A stretch of 64,000 nucleotides of DNA from Flavobacteriales bacterium. GTDB lineage: Bacteria; Bacteroidota; Bacteroidia; Flavobacteriales_D; Crocinitomicaceae. Position 1 is the stretch's first letter. Every line of letters begins with the position of its first letter. The position numbers and the translations under genes are program-made. The notes under the pieces are model-generated. The model saw only the letters and a program-made list of their open reading frames with translations. It was not told the DNA's origin and did no database searches. Shown here one piece after another: positions 39,166 to 48,548 of the stretch. Location: positions 99,076 through 163,075 of the forward strand of contig CANFJL010000007.1 in assembly GCA_947447525.1 (NCBI GenBank). The letters run 5' to 3'.

Positions 39166-40272
39166 TTGAAAAAGATAGTCAATACCTCAGCTAAAATAAT
39201 TACAAGTATTCTAATTCTTGGATTGCTGTTGGGATATGCATCTCCTTATTTTCATCCGAACACGATATCATTTTTACCTTTTTTCGGGTTAAGTTACCCT
39301 ATTTTTGCAGGCGGCGTAATCGCTTTTATGTTAATTTGGGCCGTTTTTAAGTCAAAATGGGCTGTTTTTTGCCTATTTTTCCTTCTTATTGGCGGAAAAT
39401 TACATTTTCGAAGTTTCGCCTATAATTTAACCAATACTTCAGATTCTATAGAAAATCCTGATAATAAACTTAAATTGTTAAGTTATAATGTTCGCCTATT
39501 TGGAATTTACGAACCAACAAACGCTATACAAAATAGAGATGGCATTTTTAGTTTCTTGCGAAAAGAAAATCCAGATGTTGCCTGTTTTCAAGAATATTAC
39601 CGACAAGACAAACCTACGAATTTCGAGACATTTGATTCCTTAATGTCCTCTATACATGCTGTTGATTATCACGAAAGAAGCGCTCATAAAATAAGTGGTC
39701 GACAAAATTTTGGTATTGCCATGTTTTCAAAATATCCTATGATTGCAAAAGGAGATGTAATGTTTGATACGCAGAGTTCGAGTGATTTTAATTATTGCAT
39801 TTTTGCTGATATCGTAAAAGGCAAAGACACTTTTAGGATTTATAATGTTCACTTACAATCCATTCGCTTACAAGAAGGCAACTATACAACGGAGCGGATT
39901 GGAAATCAACGCGTGCCCAGCAAATCCACCATCCTTAAAGTGATTAAAAAATTAAGATTGGCCTATCAAAAAAGAGCTGATCAAGCAAGAAGGGTGGTTG
40001 AACATGCATCAAACTCACCTTACCCAAGCGTAATTTGTGGTGACTTTAATGATACCCCTATGTCATACTGCTACAATCAATTCAATAGAAAATACATTGA
40101 TGCTTTCAGAAATTCTGCATGGGGAATTGGATCTACCTACATTGGTCGATTGCCTGCTGGAAGAATTGATTATATTTTTCATACACCAACATTGAACAGC
40201 TCAGAATTTCAAGTTCATTCGGAGAAATTAAGCGACCACAGGGCTATATCATGTAAGATTGAGAAGCTATGA
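39166..40272 (+). CDS. endonuclease/exonuclease/phosphatase (EEP) family membrane protein
   Basis: N-terminal TM helices, then EEP motifs (LLSYNV, CFQE, GDFND, SDHRAI). TTG start. Confidence 0.8.
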   Translation: MKKIVNTSAKIITSILILGLLLGYASPYFHPNTISFLPFFGLSYPIFAGGVIAFMLIWAVFKSKWAVFCLFFLLIGGKLHFRSFAYNLTNTSDSIENPDNKLKLLSYNVRLFGIYEPTNAIQNRDGIFSFLRKENPDVACFQEYYRQDKPTNFETFDSLMSSIHAVDYHERSAHKISGRQNFGIAMFSKYPMIAKGDVMFDTQSSSDFNYCIFADIVKGKDTFRIYNVHLQSIRLQEGNYTTERIGNQRVPSKSTILKVIKKLRLAYQKRADQARRVVEHASNSPYPSVICGDFNDTPMSYCYNQFNRKYIDAFRNSAWGIGSTYIGRLPAGRIDYIFHTPTLNSSEFQVHSEKLSDHRAISCKIEKL

Positions 40273-40886
40273 TTTTAGAATTAAATCCTCAATCCATTGA
40301 TCAAAGGCAAATTATTCAAATTGTAAATTATCTAAATCAAGGTGGAATTGCCATTGTTCCAAGCGATACAGTTTATGCAGTGGTTTGTAGTCTGAATAAT
40401 AAAAAGGGCTTAGATAGTCTTGCAGCATATAAAGGTTCCTCGCTAAATAAATTAAAATTTTCCTTGATTTTTAATGATTTTACGCAGTTATCTGCCTATA
40501 CCTCTCCGATTGACAGAAGTATATTTCGCTTATTAAAAACAAATTTACCAGGGCCATTTACCTTCATTTTACATGCACATAAAAATGTATCCAAACTATT
40601 TTTATCAAAACGCAGCGAAATGGGGATGCGCATACCCAACAATACCATAATTCAAGAAATCATAAAACAATTGGGTAATCCTTTGGCAAGTACCTCTTTG
40701 CACAAAGACACTGAGGATACAGACTCCTATTTTACAGATCCAGATGAAATTTATGAGCAATTTGAAGAAGAATTTGGATTAATCGTACTTGGTGGCACTG
40801 GAAATAATGTTCCCTCTACCATTATAGGTTGTTCACAAGGAGAGATAAATATTATAAGACAAGGATTAGGTATCTTAAAAACATAG
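40269..40886 (+). CDS. L-threonylcarbamoyladenylate synthase family protein (Sua5/YciO/YrdC)
   Basis: GGIAIVPSDTVYAV, PGPFTFIL and GNPLASTS motifs. 205 aa single-domain form. Confidence 0.85.
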   Translation: MILELNPQSIDQRQIIQIVNYLNQGGIAIVPSDTVYAVVCSLNNKKGLDSLAAYKGSSLNKLKFSLIFNDFTQLSAYTSPIDRSIFRLLKTNLPGPFTFILHAHKNVSKLFLSKRSEMGMRIPNNTIIQEIIKQLGNPLASTSLHKDTEDTDSYFTDPDEIYEQFEEEFGLIVLGGTGNNVPSTIIGCSQGEINIIRQGLGILKT

Positions 40887-40889
40887 ACT

Positions 40890-41453
40890 ATGTTGCTTAT
40901 TATAGATTGCGGAAGCCAAAAAACTCAATTTATTGAGGAGTTAGTTGATCTTCATTTGGACTATAAATCGATTTCAATTCTTGATGTAAGTCCAGAAGAA
41001 GTTGAGAAATATACAGGAATTATTATTTCAGGCGCCCCGATTCAAATAACGGAAGTCGATATGCAGATCTATTTAGATCAAGTAGAATGGATAAAAACCA
41101 CTACAATTCCAGTTTTAGGGATTTGTTTTGGTCACCAATTAATAGGATTGTTATTTGGAGCCTACGGTTCAAAAATGAGAGAAGACAGAGACTGGCAAGA
41201 AATTGAAGTACTAGCAAATCATGTCTTATTCGAACGCTTGCCAATTATCCTTGAAATGATGGAGGATCATTGCGAATGTATTTCTTTACCACCAAATTTT
41301 GAATTGATTGCCACCTCAGACGCATGCGTAAATGAGGCAATGGCGCATCCTACTAAAAGCATAATGGGTGTGCAATTTCACCCTGAGGTATCTGGGAATT
41401 TTGGAGCAGTATTAATAGAAAATTTTATAAGACTTTGTGAAACCAAAAATTAG
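40890..41453 (+). CDS. class I glutamine amidotransferase (GMP-synthase N-domain-like, stand-alone)
   Basis: Catalytic GICFGHQL and the C-terminal VQFHPE triad motif. Confidence 0.8.
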   Translation: MLLIIDCGSQKTQFIEELVDLHLDYKSISILDVSPEEVEKYTGIIISGAPIQITEVDMQIYLDQVEWIKTTTIPVLGICFGHQLIGLLFGAYGSKMREDRDWQEIEVLANHVLFERLPIILEMMEDHCECISLPPNFELIATSDACVNEAMAHPTKSIMGVQFHPEVSGNFGAVLIENFIRLCETKN

Positions 41454-42166
41454 TTTCCTGCTAAAGAGATTAATTTAGTTTTATCAATCACTCTAAGTTT
41501 ACGAACCTCGATTTCCAAACAACCATCTTCTTTAAATTCTTTCAGAAGGCGAATTAATGTTTCCGTAGCGGTGCCGACAAAATTGGCTAAGTCTTCTCGA
41601 GATAGATTAATAGGATCTTCACCATAAATATCCATTAAAATCAACAAAGAGAAAGCCAATCGTTCACGAACAGATTTTTGCGCCATATTGGTAATAAAAT
41701 CAGCACGATCAGATAATTCTTTAGAAAGTTCTTTAAAAATCCCATTTCTAAGTGCAGGATTAAATTCAATCATATTGAGAAAATCTTCTTTCGCTATAAA
41801 GCAAATGTTAGAATCCTCAAGAGACTCTGCAGCAACTTTATACAATTCACCACTAAACATAGCGCGAAAACCAATTAAATCTCCTGCTTTGGCAATATGA
41901 ATTATTTGTTCTTTCCCTTCTTCACCGCGTTTAAAGACTTTAACCTTTCCATGATTTACACAATATACTCCTCTTGGCGTTGAACCTTCAACAAAAAGAG
42001 ATTGTGTTTTTTTATAAAAATTGCAAGCCCGTTGAGCTTCAAGAGTATCTAATTCAGCGCCCGAAATTCCATTAAATAAACCATGACCTCTCGACTTACA
42101 AGAAGAGCAAGCAACATGTTTATACGATTCATCAAGCATTGATTTCATTGAATCAAAGCTAATCAT
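41450..42166 (-). CDS. Crp/Fnr family transcriptional regulator (FNR-like, N-terminal Cys pair)
   Basis: N-terminal C20-x2-C23 plus further Cys residues, cNMP-like barrel and HTH (REDLANFVGTATETLIRLLKEF). Divergent from hemN and adjacent to the cbb3 cluster. Confidence 0.8.
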   Translation of the reverse strand: MISFDSMKSMLDESYKHVACSSCKSRGHGLFNGISGAELDTLEAQRACNFYKKTQSLFVEGSTPRGVYCVNHGKVKVFKRGEEGKEQIIHIAKAGDLIGFRAMFSGELYKVAAESLEDSNICFIAKEDFLNMIEFNPALRNGIFKELSKELSDRADFITNMAQKSVRERLAFSLLILMDIYGEDPINLSREDLANFVGTATETLIRLLKEFKEDGCLEIEVRKLRVIDKTKLISLAGN

Positions 42167-42187
42167 TTTATCAATAGAAAATAAATA

Positions 42188-42199
42188 TGATTTTCGTCA
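42188..42199. promoter_or_regulatory. candidate FNR/CRP-type box TGAT-N4-GTCA
   Basis: aTGATtttcGTCAt matches 7/10 of TTGAT-N4-ATCAA. Centred 33 bp upstream of the centre of the -7 motif at 42223-42230. Confidence 0.3.
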
Positions 42200-42222
42200 T
42201 TTTTTAGCGTTTTTTGAACATT

Positions 42223-42230
42223 TAATTTTG
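42223..42230 (+). promoter_or_regulatory. -7 promoter motif TAnnTTTG (TAATTTTG) for hemN
   Basis: Exact motif 3 nt before the ATG at 42234. It overlaps the TTG at 42228 used by the ORF track. Confidence 0.35.
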
Positions 42231-42233
42231 TAC

Positions 42234-43598
42234 ATGATTGATAAAGAAACCATTGAAAAATACAATGTTCCAGGCCCTCGTTACACTTCCTATCCAACAG
42301 TGCCTTTTTGGAAAGAAAAAAATCTGAATTTCCATCATTGGTCAAGATTATTAGGCGCCATCCAAACAACAAACAACCATACCGATATCAGCTTATACAT
42401 TCACTTACCATTTTGTGAAAGTCTTTGCACCTTTTGCGGATGTCATAAATATATTACTAAAAACCATAATAAAGAGAGCGCTTATATTGATAGTGTTTTG
42501 AAAGAATGGAAACTTTATCAGGAACATCTACCATTTTCACCAAAAATTAAAGAATTGCATTTGGGAGGAGGCACACCAACTTTCTTTCATCCCAATGAGA
42601 TTAAACGACTCGTTGAAGGAATATTTTCAATGGTCAATGGAAAGATAGAACCCTGCGAATTGAGTTTTGAAGCACATCCGGGAACTACAAGCGATGAGCA
42701 TTTAAGTATTTTACATCAGATTGGATTTAGAAGAGTTAGTTTTGGAATACAAGATTATGACGAAAAGGTACAGCATGCGATTCATAGAATTCAATCCTTT
42801 CAAGAGGTGGCTGCCATACATCAAAAAGCTATAAAAAATGGATATACCGTAAATCATGATTTGGTGTATGGACTACCATTTCAAACCCTAAACGGATTTA
42901 AAAACACGATTAATAAAACTATTCGTTTAAGGCCATCTAGAATTGCACTTTACTCCTACGCGCATGTTCCATGGATAAAAGGAACAGGTCAAAGAGGCTA
43001 CGACGATAATGACTTACCAAAAGACTTAGAAAAACGTGCTATTTATGAAATGGCTTTTTCCATGTTGCTAGAAGCTGGGTATATTTCTATTGGCATGGAT
43101 CATTTTGCTTTACCTGATGATGCATTATCAAAAGCTTTTGTCAATGGCACCATGAGTAGAAATTTCATGGGATACACTACGCAATCAACTCCCTATATGA
43201 TTGGATTAGGCATGTCGGCAATTTCAGATATTTGGGGTGCGTTTGCTCAAAATGATAAAAATATTACGAGCTATCAGAAACAAATTGACAATGGAATTAT
43301 TCCAGTTTTTAGAGGCCATATTTTGAGTGAATTGGAACTAGAAATTCGACAATACATACAAGATTTGATGTGTAACTTTGAAACAACATTTCGAAATGAT
43401 AGTAATTTTCAAGTAATTCACCAGGAAATAAAAGAAAAATTACAAGGACTCATCACCGATGGCTTGGTTGAAATTTCAGAGGATAAGGTTAAATCAACAA
43501 CAAAAGGAAGACCCTTTATTCGCAATATTTGCATGGCTTTTGATCAAGATTTAAAATCGGAAATCGTTAATACCAATCTATTTTCCAAAACGATATGA
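42234..43598 (+). CDS. hemN: oxygen-independent coproporphyrinogen III oxidase (radical SAM)
   Basis: YNVPGPRYTSYPT N-terminus, CESLCTFCGC radical-SAM cluster motif and HemN C-terminal domain. ATG at 42234 (ORF track: TTG at 42228). Confidence 0.9.
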   Translation: MIDKETIEKYNVPGPRYTSYPTVPFWKEKNLNFHHWSRLLGAIQTTNNHTDISLYIHLPFCESLCTFCGCHKYITKNHNKESAYIDSVLKEWKLYQEHLPFSPKIKELHLGGGTPTFFHPNEIKRLVEGIFSMVNGKIEPCELSFEAHPGTTSDEHLSILHQIGFRRVSFGIQDYDEKVQHAIHRIQSFQEVAAIHQKAIKNGYTVNHDLVYGLPFQTLNGFKNTINKTIRLRPSRIALYSYAHVPWIKGTGQRGYDDNDLPKDLEKRAIYEMAFSMLLEAGYISIGMDHFALPDDALSKAFVNGTMSRNFMGYTTQSTPYMIGLGMSAISDIWGAFAQNDKNITSYQKQIDNGIIPVFRGHILSELELEIRQYIQDLMCNFETTFRNDSNFQVIHQEIKEKLQGLITDGLVEISEDKVKSTTKGRPFIRNICMAFDQDLKSEIVNTNLFSKTI

Positions 43599-45964
43599 AT
43601 GCAAAAACTTGTTATCATTGCGGAGATTCAATAGATGGAATTGCAATCCAGAAGGCAGATAAAGATTTTTGCTGTATAGGTTGTAAAAGTGTATACACCT
43701 TATTGAACGAACATCACTTAGGAGATTTTTACACCTATGAGAAAGCACCTGGGTTAAAGCCAAACATTCCTTTACAGGATAAATATAAATTTCTAGAATT
43801 AGATGAAATATCGAAGCGATTCATCACCTATGAAGATGATGAAATAATCAAAATAACACTTTCGCTTCCAAGTATCCATTGTTCTTCGTGTATTTACTTG
43901 CTTGAAAATAGCGCAAAAATAAATCCGGCAATAATTAGTTGCCAAGTTCATTTTCTTAAAAAAGAAGCCAGTATTTCTTTTAATAAAAACAAAGCAAAAC
44001 TTTCAGAAATTGCATTGTTTCTCGACCGGATAGGATACACTCCAAATTTTAATTCAAAGCAAAGTCATAAGGCGAAAGACAAGAATTTTTTATTTAAAAT
44101 TGGTATAGCAGGATTTGCTTTCGGTAGTATCATGTTGTGGAGTACGCCGAGCTATTTTGGAATTGCAAAAGACAATAAAACATTTAGTGATTTTACGACT
44201 TATCTTTCTTTTATAATTTCCTTACCGGTACTCTTATATTCCGCTAGAGATTATTTTATTTCAGCATATAAAGCAATACGCGCTAGGAGCATTAATTTAG
44301 ACATACCCATCACTTTAGGAATTATCGCCTTGTATTTACAAAGTATCTATTCCATTTTCACGCATGAAGGTCCAGGATACTTAGATAGTTTCGCTGGATT
44401 AATTTTCTTTTTGTTGATTGGAAAATGGTTTCAAAATATCTCCTATCAGTCGCTAAATTTTGAAAGGGACAACGCCTCCTATTTCCCCGTTGCAGTTACA
44501 CGAATTATGGGTAAAATTGAAGAAATCATTCCTTTAGAAAAAGTTAAAACCAATGATATTATCCAAATTAGAAACGAAGAAATCATTCCTTGTGATGCTG
44601 AATTGATTAGTGAAAATGCTGAAATAGATTACAGCTTTGTTACTGGAGAATCAAAAATAATTAAGAAAATAAAAGGTGATTTAATTTATGCTGGAGGAAA
44701 ATTAATTGGACAATACATTACTTTAAAAGCCTTATCAAGTTCAGATCGCAGTCAAATAACCCAATTATGGAACGAAGTTAAAAACAAAAAAGAACACCAC
44801 ACACTGATTAGCTATCAAGATAAAATATCCTATTTCTTTTTAATCATACTCCTTTCTATTGCTGCAATCTCAAGTTGTGTTTGGTACTTTATTGATTCAA
44901 CCATGATTCCAAAAGTTTTAATTTCTATTCTAATAGTTGCATGTCCCTGCGCCCTTGCCTTGTCTGCTCCTTTCACCTTGGGTAATATCTCTAGAATACT
45001 TGGGAGAAAGGGCTTATACATCAAGAACACTTCAGTAATTGAAGCCCTTTTGTCCATTACAAGCATCGTATTCGATAAAACAGGGACATTAAGCGATCCA
45101 TCAAAAAATGAAATCACATGCTTAATGGATGATTTAGAAATACAAGAGCAAAATATGCTACAAAATATTACTAGGAGTTCGACGCACCCACTTTCAAAAT
45201 TCATTTACGCACACTTTTCAACTGATTTAATTACTCAAGTGAAATTTGACCAATTTGAGGAGATAAAAGGGAAGGGGATCAAAGCAGAATATAAGGGTCA
45301 TATCTATAGAATTGGAAATGCAGCATTTACAAACCAAAAATCGGGGACAGATACCACAGAAGTTTATTATACTAAGGATGGGGTTCTACTTCAACATTTC
45401 ACATTCACAAGTCATTTTAGAACTGGTATTTCACAAATGTTAGCCGATTTAAAAAATTACAAAATCTATGTCTTATCGGGAGATAATGACCAAGATAAAA
45501 AAACTTTAATTTCTCTTGGTTTTGAGGAGAAAAATATAAGATTTAACCAAGAAGCAAAAGACAAATTTGAAATCATCAATGCTTTAAATCAATCTAATGA
45601 AAAGGTACTAATGATTGGCGACGGATTAAATGATACAGGAGCATTAGCATCAGCACAAGTAGGAATTGCACTTTCAGAAGATATGTTCAGGTTCACACCA
45701 AATTCTGATGGAATTCTTTCCGCAAAGATGTTGATTGCACTTCCATCTTTAATGAAAATTGCCAAATTTTCTACCTTGGTATTAAAGATATGTCTAGCAT
45801 TTTCAATTTGCTATAATATTATAGGACTCAGCTTTGCAATATCGGGAAATTTAAGCCCATTAATTGCTGCCATACTTATGCCTATAAGTTCAATAACAGT
45901 TGTGGTATTAAGCACCCTGATTATTCAAATTCGATATCGAAAAACTTCTACTGAAAAAAAATAA
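43595..45964 (+). CDS. ccoI: copper-translocating P-type ATPase, cbb3 maturation type (CcoI/FixI)
   Basis: N-terminal Cys-rich ribbon (CYHCGD...CCIGC), HMA-like CSSC, CPC transmembrane motif, DKTGTL phosphorylation site and GDGLND. The start overlaps the hemN stop. Confidence 0.9.
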   Translation: MNAKTCYHCGDSIDGIAIQKADKDFCCIGCKSVYTLLNEHHLGDFYTYEKAPGLKPNIPLQDKYKFLELDEISKRFITYEDDEIIKITLSLPSIHCSSCIYLLENSAKINPAIISCQVHFLKKEASISFNKNKAKLSEIALFLDRIGYTPNFNSKQSHKAKDKNFLFKIGIAGFAFGSIMLWSTPSYFGIAKDNKTFSDFTTYLSFIISLPVLLYSARDYFISAYKAIRARSINLDIPITLGIIALYLQSIYSIFTHEGPGYLDSFAGLIFFLLIGKWFQNISYQSLNFERDNASYFPVAVTRIMGKIEEIIPLEKVKTNDIIQIRNEEIIPCDAELISENAEIDYSFVTGESKIIKKIKGDLIYAGGKLIGQYITLKALSSSDRSQITQLWNEVKNKKEHHTLISYQDKISYFFLIILLSIAAISSCVWYFIDSTMIPKVLISILIVACPCALALSAPFTLGNISRILGRKGLYIKNTSVIEALLSITSIVFDKTGTLSDPSKNEITCLMDDLEIQEQNMLQNITRSSTHPLSKFIYAHFSTDLITQVKFDQFEEIKGKGIKAEYKGHIYRIGNAAFTNQKSGTDTTEVYYTKDGVLLQHFTFTSHFRTGISQMLADLKNYKIYVLSGDNDQDKKTLISLGFEEKNIRFNQEAKDKFEIINALNQSNEKVLMIGDGLNDTGALASAQVGIALSEDMFRFTPNSDGILSAKMLIALPSLMKIAKFSTLVLKICLAFSICYNIIGLSFAISGNLSPLIAAILMPISSITVVVLSTLIIQIRYRKTSTEKK

Positions 45965-45981
45965 TTTTTTTTTCAAAAAAG

Positions 45982-45993
45982 TGATAATTATCA
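45982..45993. promoter_or_regulatory. candidate FNR/CRP-type box, perfect 12-bp palindrome TGATAATTATCA
   Basis: gTGATaattATCAt matches 8/10 of TTGAT-N4-ATCAA. Centred 33 bp upstream of the centre of the -7-like motif at 46017-46024. Confidence 0.4.
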
Positions 45994-46016
45994 TATTTTA
46001 AAAGTCATCTAAAACT

Positions 46017-46024
46017 GAATTTTG
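46017..46024 (+). promoter_or_regulatory. -7-like promoter motif (GAATTTTG, 7/8 match to TAnnTTTG)
   Basis: Lies 5 nt upstream of the ccoS ATG at 46029. Confidence 0.25.
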
Positions 46025-46028
46025 CATC

Positions 46029-46205
46029 ATGGGAATGATCTATTTGATGCTTATCGTTAGTTTACTAATCGCCTTATTTTTTCTAGGATTCTATTTTTGG
46101 GCGGCAAAAAACGGGCAATTTGATGATGATTACACTCCTTCAGTACGCATGCTATTCGATGATGAAACAACAATAAAAAATGACAATGGAGACACAACAA
46201 TTTAG
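46029..46205 (+). CDS. ccoS: cbb3-type cytochrome oxidase maturation protein CcoS/FixS (58 aa)
   Basis: Not in the ORF track (<60 aa). One TM helix followed by the AAKNGQFDD motif characteristic of CcoS. Overlaps the ccoNO start. Confidence 0.8.
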   Translation: MGMIYLMLIVSLLIALFFLGFYFWAAKNGQFDDDYTPSVRMLFDDETTIKNDNGDTTI

Positions 46206-48351
46206 TTACGATAACCGCATCGTAAAAAACTTCGCCTTTGCGACAATTATTTGGGGAATTACAGGTATGTTGGTTGGATTAATAATTGCTTTGCAATTGG
46301 CATTTCCAGAATTTTTCAATGATTATTTAGGGTTTAGTTTTTTATCTTTTGGTCGGCTAAGACCGCTTCATACTAATGCAGTAATTTTTGCTTTCGTTGG
46401 CAATGGAATTTTCACAGGTGTCTATTACTCCCTCCAAAGACTATTAAAAACCAGAATGTGGAGCGACAAATTAAGTTACTTCCATTTTTGGGCTTGGCAA
46501 TTCATTATCGTTTGTGCCGTTGCTACTCTTCCATTTGGAATAACATCTGGAAAAGAATACGCAGAATTAGAATGGTGGATTGATATTTTAATTGCAGCAG
46601 TTTGGGTAGTTTGGGGTTGGAACATGTTTGCAACCATCCTCAATAGACGCGTAAAGCATTTATATGTTGCGATTTGGTTCTATATCGCAACCTTTGTTAC
46701 CATTGCGATGTTACACATCTTCAATTCATTTGAACTTCCTATTTCGTTTTTTAAGAGTTACAGTTGGTATTCTGGTGTGCAGGATGCCTTGGTTCAATGG
46801 TGGTATGGTCATAATGCAGTTGCCTTTTTCTTAACCACTCCATATTTAGGTTTGATGTATTATTTCATACCGAAAGCGGCCCAACGACCTGTATATTCAT
46901 ACCGCTTATCCATCATCCATTTTTGGGCACTGATCTTCATCTATATTTGGGCCGGACCTCATCACCTACTCTATTCTACCTTACCCGATTGGGCGCAAAG
47001 TTTAGGAGTTGTTTTTTCTGTGATGCTTATAGCTCCTTCATGGGGTGGAATGCTCAACGGACTATTAACACTTCGTGGTGCTTGGGATAAAGTTCGAGAT
47101 GATGTGATGTTAAAGTTTATGGTGGTTGCCTTAACCTGTTATGGAATGGCTACTTTCGAGGGACCACTACTCTCCCTTAAAAATATAAATGTTATTTCAC
47201 ATTTTACGGATTGGATCGTAGCACATGTGCATATCGGAGGATTAGGTTGGAATGGCATGTTGACATTTGGTGTGCTATATTGGTTATTTCCTCGCATTTA
47301 CAATACCCCTTTATATTCCAAAAAAATGGCCAATCAGCATTTTTGGATTGCAACCCTGGGAATTATTTTATATGCAATTCCCATGTACATCGCTGGATTT
47401 ATGCAAGGATTAATGTGGAGACAATTCAACCCTGATGGAACTTTAGCAAATGCTGATTTTCTTAAAACAGTAATTGAATTAAAACCTTATTATTTGCTAA
47501 GATCATTGGGTGGATTGCTTTATCTCACAGGAGCTATAATGATGTTTTACAATTTAGTAAAAACAGCAAAATCAGGTAAATTAATCGCTAATGAAGCAGC
47601 AGAAGCACCGATGTTAAATGATAAAAACACTTCCGTAAAAGGCGAATATTGGCACAAAGTTATCGAAAGAAAACCTGTTCGATTTATGGTCTTAAGTTTA
47701 ATTGTTGTTGCAATTGGTGGATTATTTGAAATTATGCCAACAATGATTGTCAAGAGTAATATTGCAACCATCAAATCGGTTAAACCCTATACACCTTTAG
47801 AATTGGAAGGGCGCGATCTTTATATTAGAGAAGGATGTTACAATTGTCACTCACAATTAGTACGACCATTGAGATTTGAAACCGTTCGTTATGGTGAATA
47901 TTCAAAATCAGGTGAATTTATTTATGACCATCCTTTTCAATGGGGATCTAAACGCACTGGTCCAGATTTGGCCAGAGAAGGTGGATTAAGAAGTAATATT
48001 TGGCACTATCAACATTTGATTCGACCAAAGGTAATTTCACCAGGATCTATCATGCCTGCCTACGGATGGTTGAGAGAGAATGCGCTTGACATTAGTTTAA
48101 CGGAGAAGAAAATAAGAGCCATGCAAACTATGGGAGTTCCCTATCCTAAAGGATACGACAAAATAGCGCCCAAAGATTTGAAGAAGCAAGCTAAAATAAT
48201 TGCGGCAGATATTTTGGCAAATACTCCAAATGTAGCTTTGAAAGGATTGAACAAAAAGAAACTGCTAAAAGAAATTGAAAAAAGTGAAATTGTTGCTCTT
48301 ATAGCTTATATGCAACGATTGGGTATTGATATTAAAACAAATAAAAAATAA
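46180..48351 (+). CDS. ccoNO: cbb3-type cytochrome c oxidase fused subunits I+II (CcoNO)
   Basis: Haem-copper oxidase helices with His ligands (RPLHTNAVIF, WWYGHNAV, HHLLYS, AHVHIGGLGW), then a CcoO-like part with CYNCHSQ haem c motif. The true start may be the ATG at 46186 (METQQFSYDN). Confidence 0.95.
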   Translation: MTMETQQFSYDNRIVKNFAFATIIWGITGMLVGLIIALQLAFPEFFNDYLGFSFLSFGRLRPLHTNAVIFAFVGNGIFTGVYYSLQRLLKTRMWSDKLSYFHFWAWQFIIVCAVATLPFGITSGKEYAELEWWIDILIAAVWVVWGWNMFATILNRRVKHLYVAIWFYIATFVTIAMLHIFNSFELPISFFKSYSWYSGVQDALVQWWYGHNAVAFFLTTPYLGLMYYFIPKAAQRPVYSYRLSIIHFWALIFIYIWAGPHHLLYSTLPDWAQSLGVVFSVMLIAPSWGGMLNGLLTLRGAWDKVRDDVMLKFMVVALTCYGMATFEGPLLSLKNINVISHFTDWIVAHVHIGGLGWNGMLTFGVLYWLFPRIYNTPLYSKKMANQHFWIATLGIILYAIPMYIAGFMQGLMWRQFNPDGTLANADFLKTVIELKPYYLLRSLGGLLYLTGAIMMFYNLVKTAKSGKLIANEAAEAPMLNDKNTSVKGEYWHKVIERKPVRFMVLSLIVVAIGGLFEIMPTMIVKSNIATIKSVKPYTPLELEGRDLYIREGCYNCHSQLVRPLRFETVRYGEYSKSGEFIYDHPFQWGSKRTGPDLAREGGLRSNIWHYQHLIRPKVISPGSIMPAYGWLRENALDISLTEKKIRAMQTMGVPYPKGYDKIAPKDLKKQAKIIAADILANTPNVALKGLNKKKLLKEIEKSEIVALIAYMQRLGIDIKTNKK

Positions 48352-48355
48352 AAAG

Positions 48356-48538
48356 ATGCTTCGATTTATCCAACATAATTTGACAAGTATTGGAAATGTA
48401 GAATTCTATCCAATTGTCTCGCTTATTATTTTTTCATTGTTTTTTCTTTTAGTTCTCATAAGGGTCTTTTTTATGTCAAAAGATACCATTACAGACTTAT
48501 CAGAAATTCCATTAAACGATTCAAGTATTGAACAATAA
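48356..48538 (+). CDS. small membrane protein, CcoQ-like position
   Basis: 60 aa with a single TM helix (FYPIVSLIIFSLFFLLVLIRVFF), between ccoNO and ccoP as for CcoQ/FixQ. The call rests mainly on position. Confidence 0.5.
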   Translation: MLRFIQHNLTSIGNVEFYPIVSLIIFSLFFLLVLIRVFFMSKDTITDLSEIPLNDSSIEQ

Positions 48539-48548
48539 TTCCAGTGTT

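Noticed and set aside
45955-45980. A8-TAA-T10-C-A6 run at the end of ccoI as a terminator hairpin.
   Set aside because: A pure A/T stem would be very weak. It is more likely just an AT-rich spacer, so read-through from ccoI into ccoS cannot be excluded.
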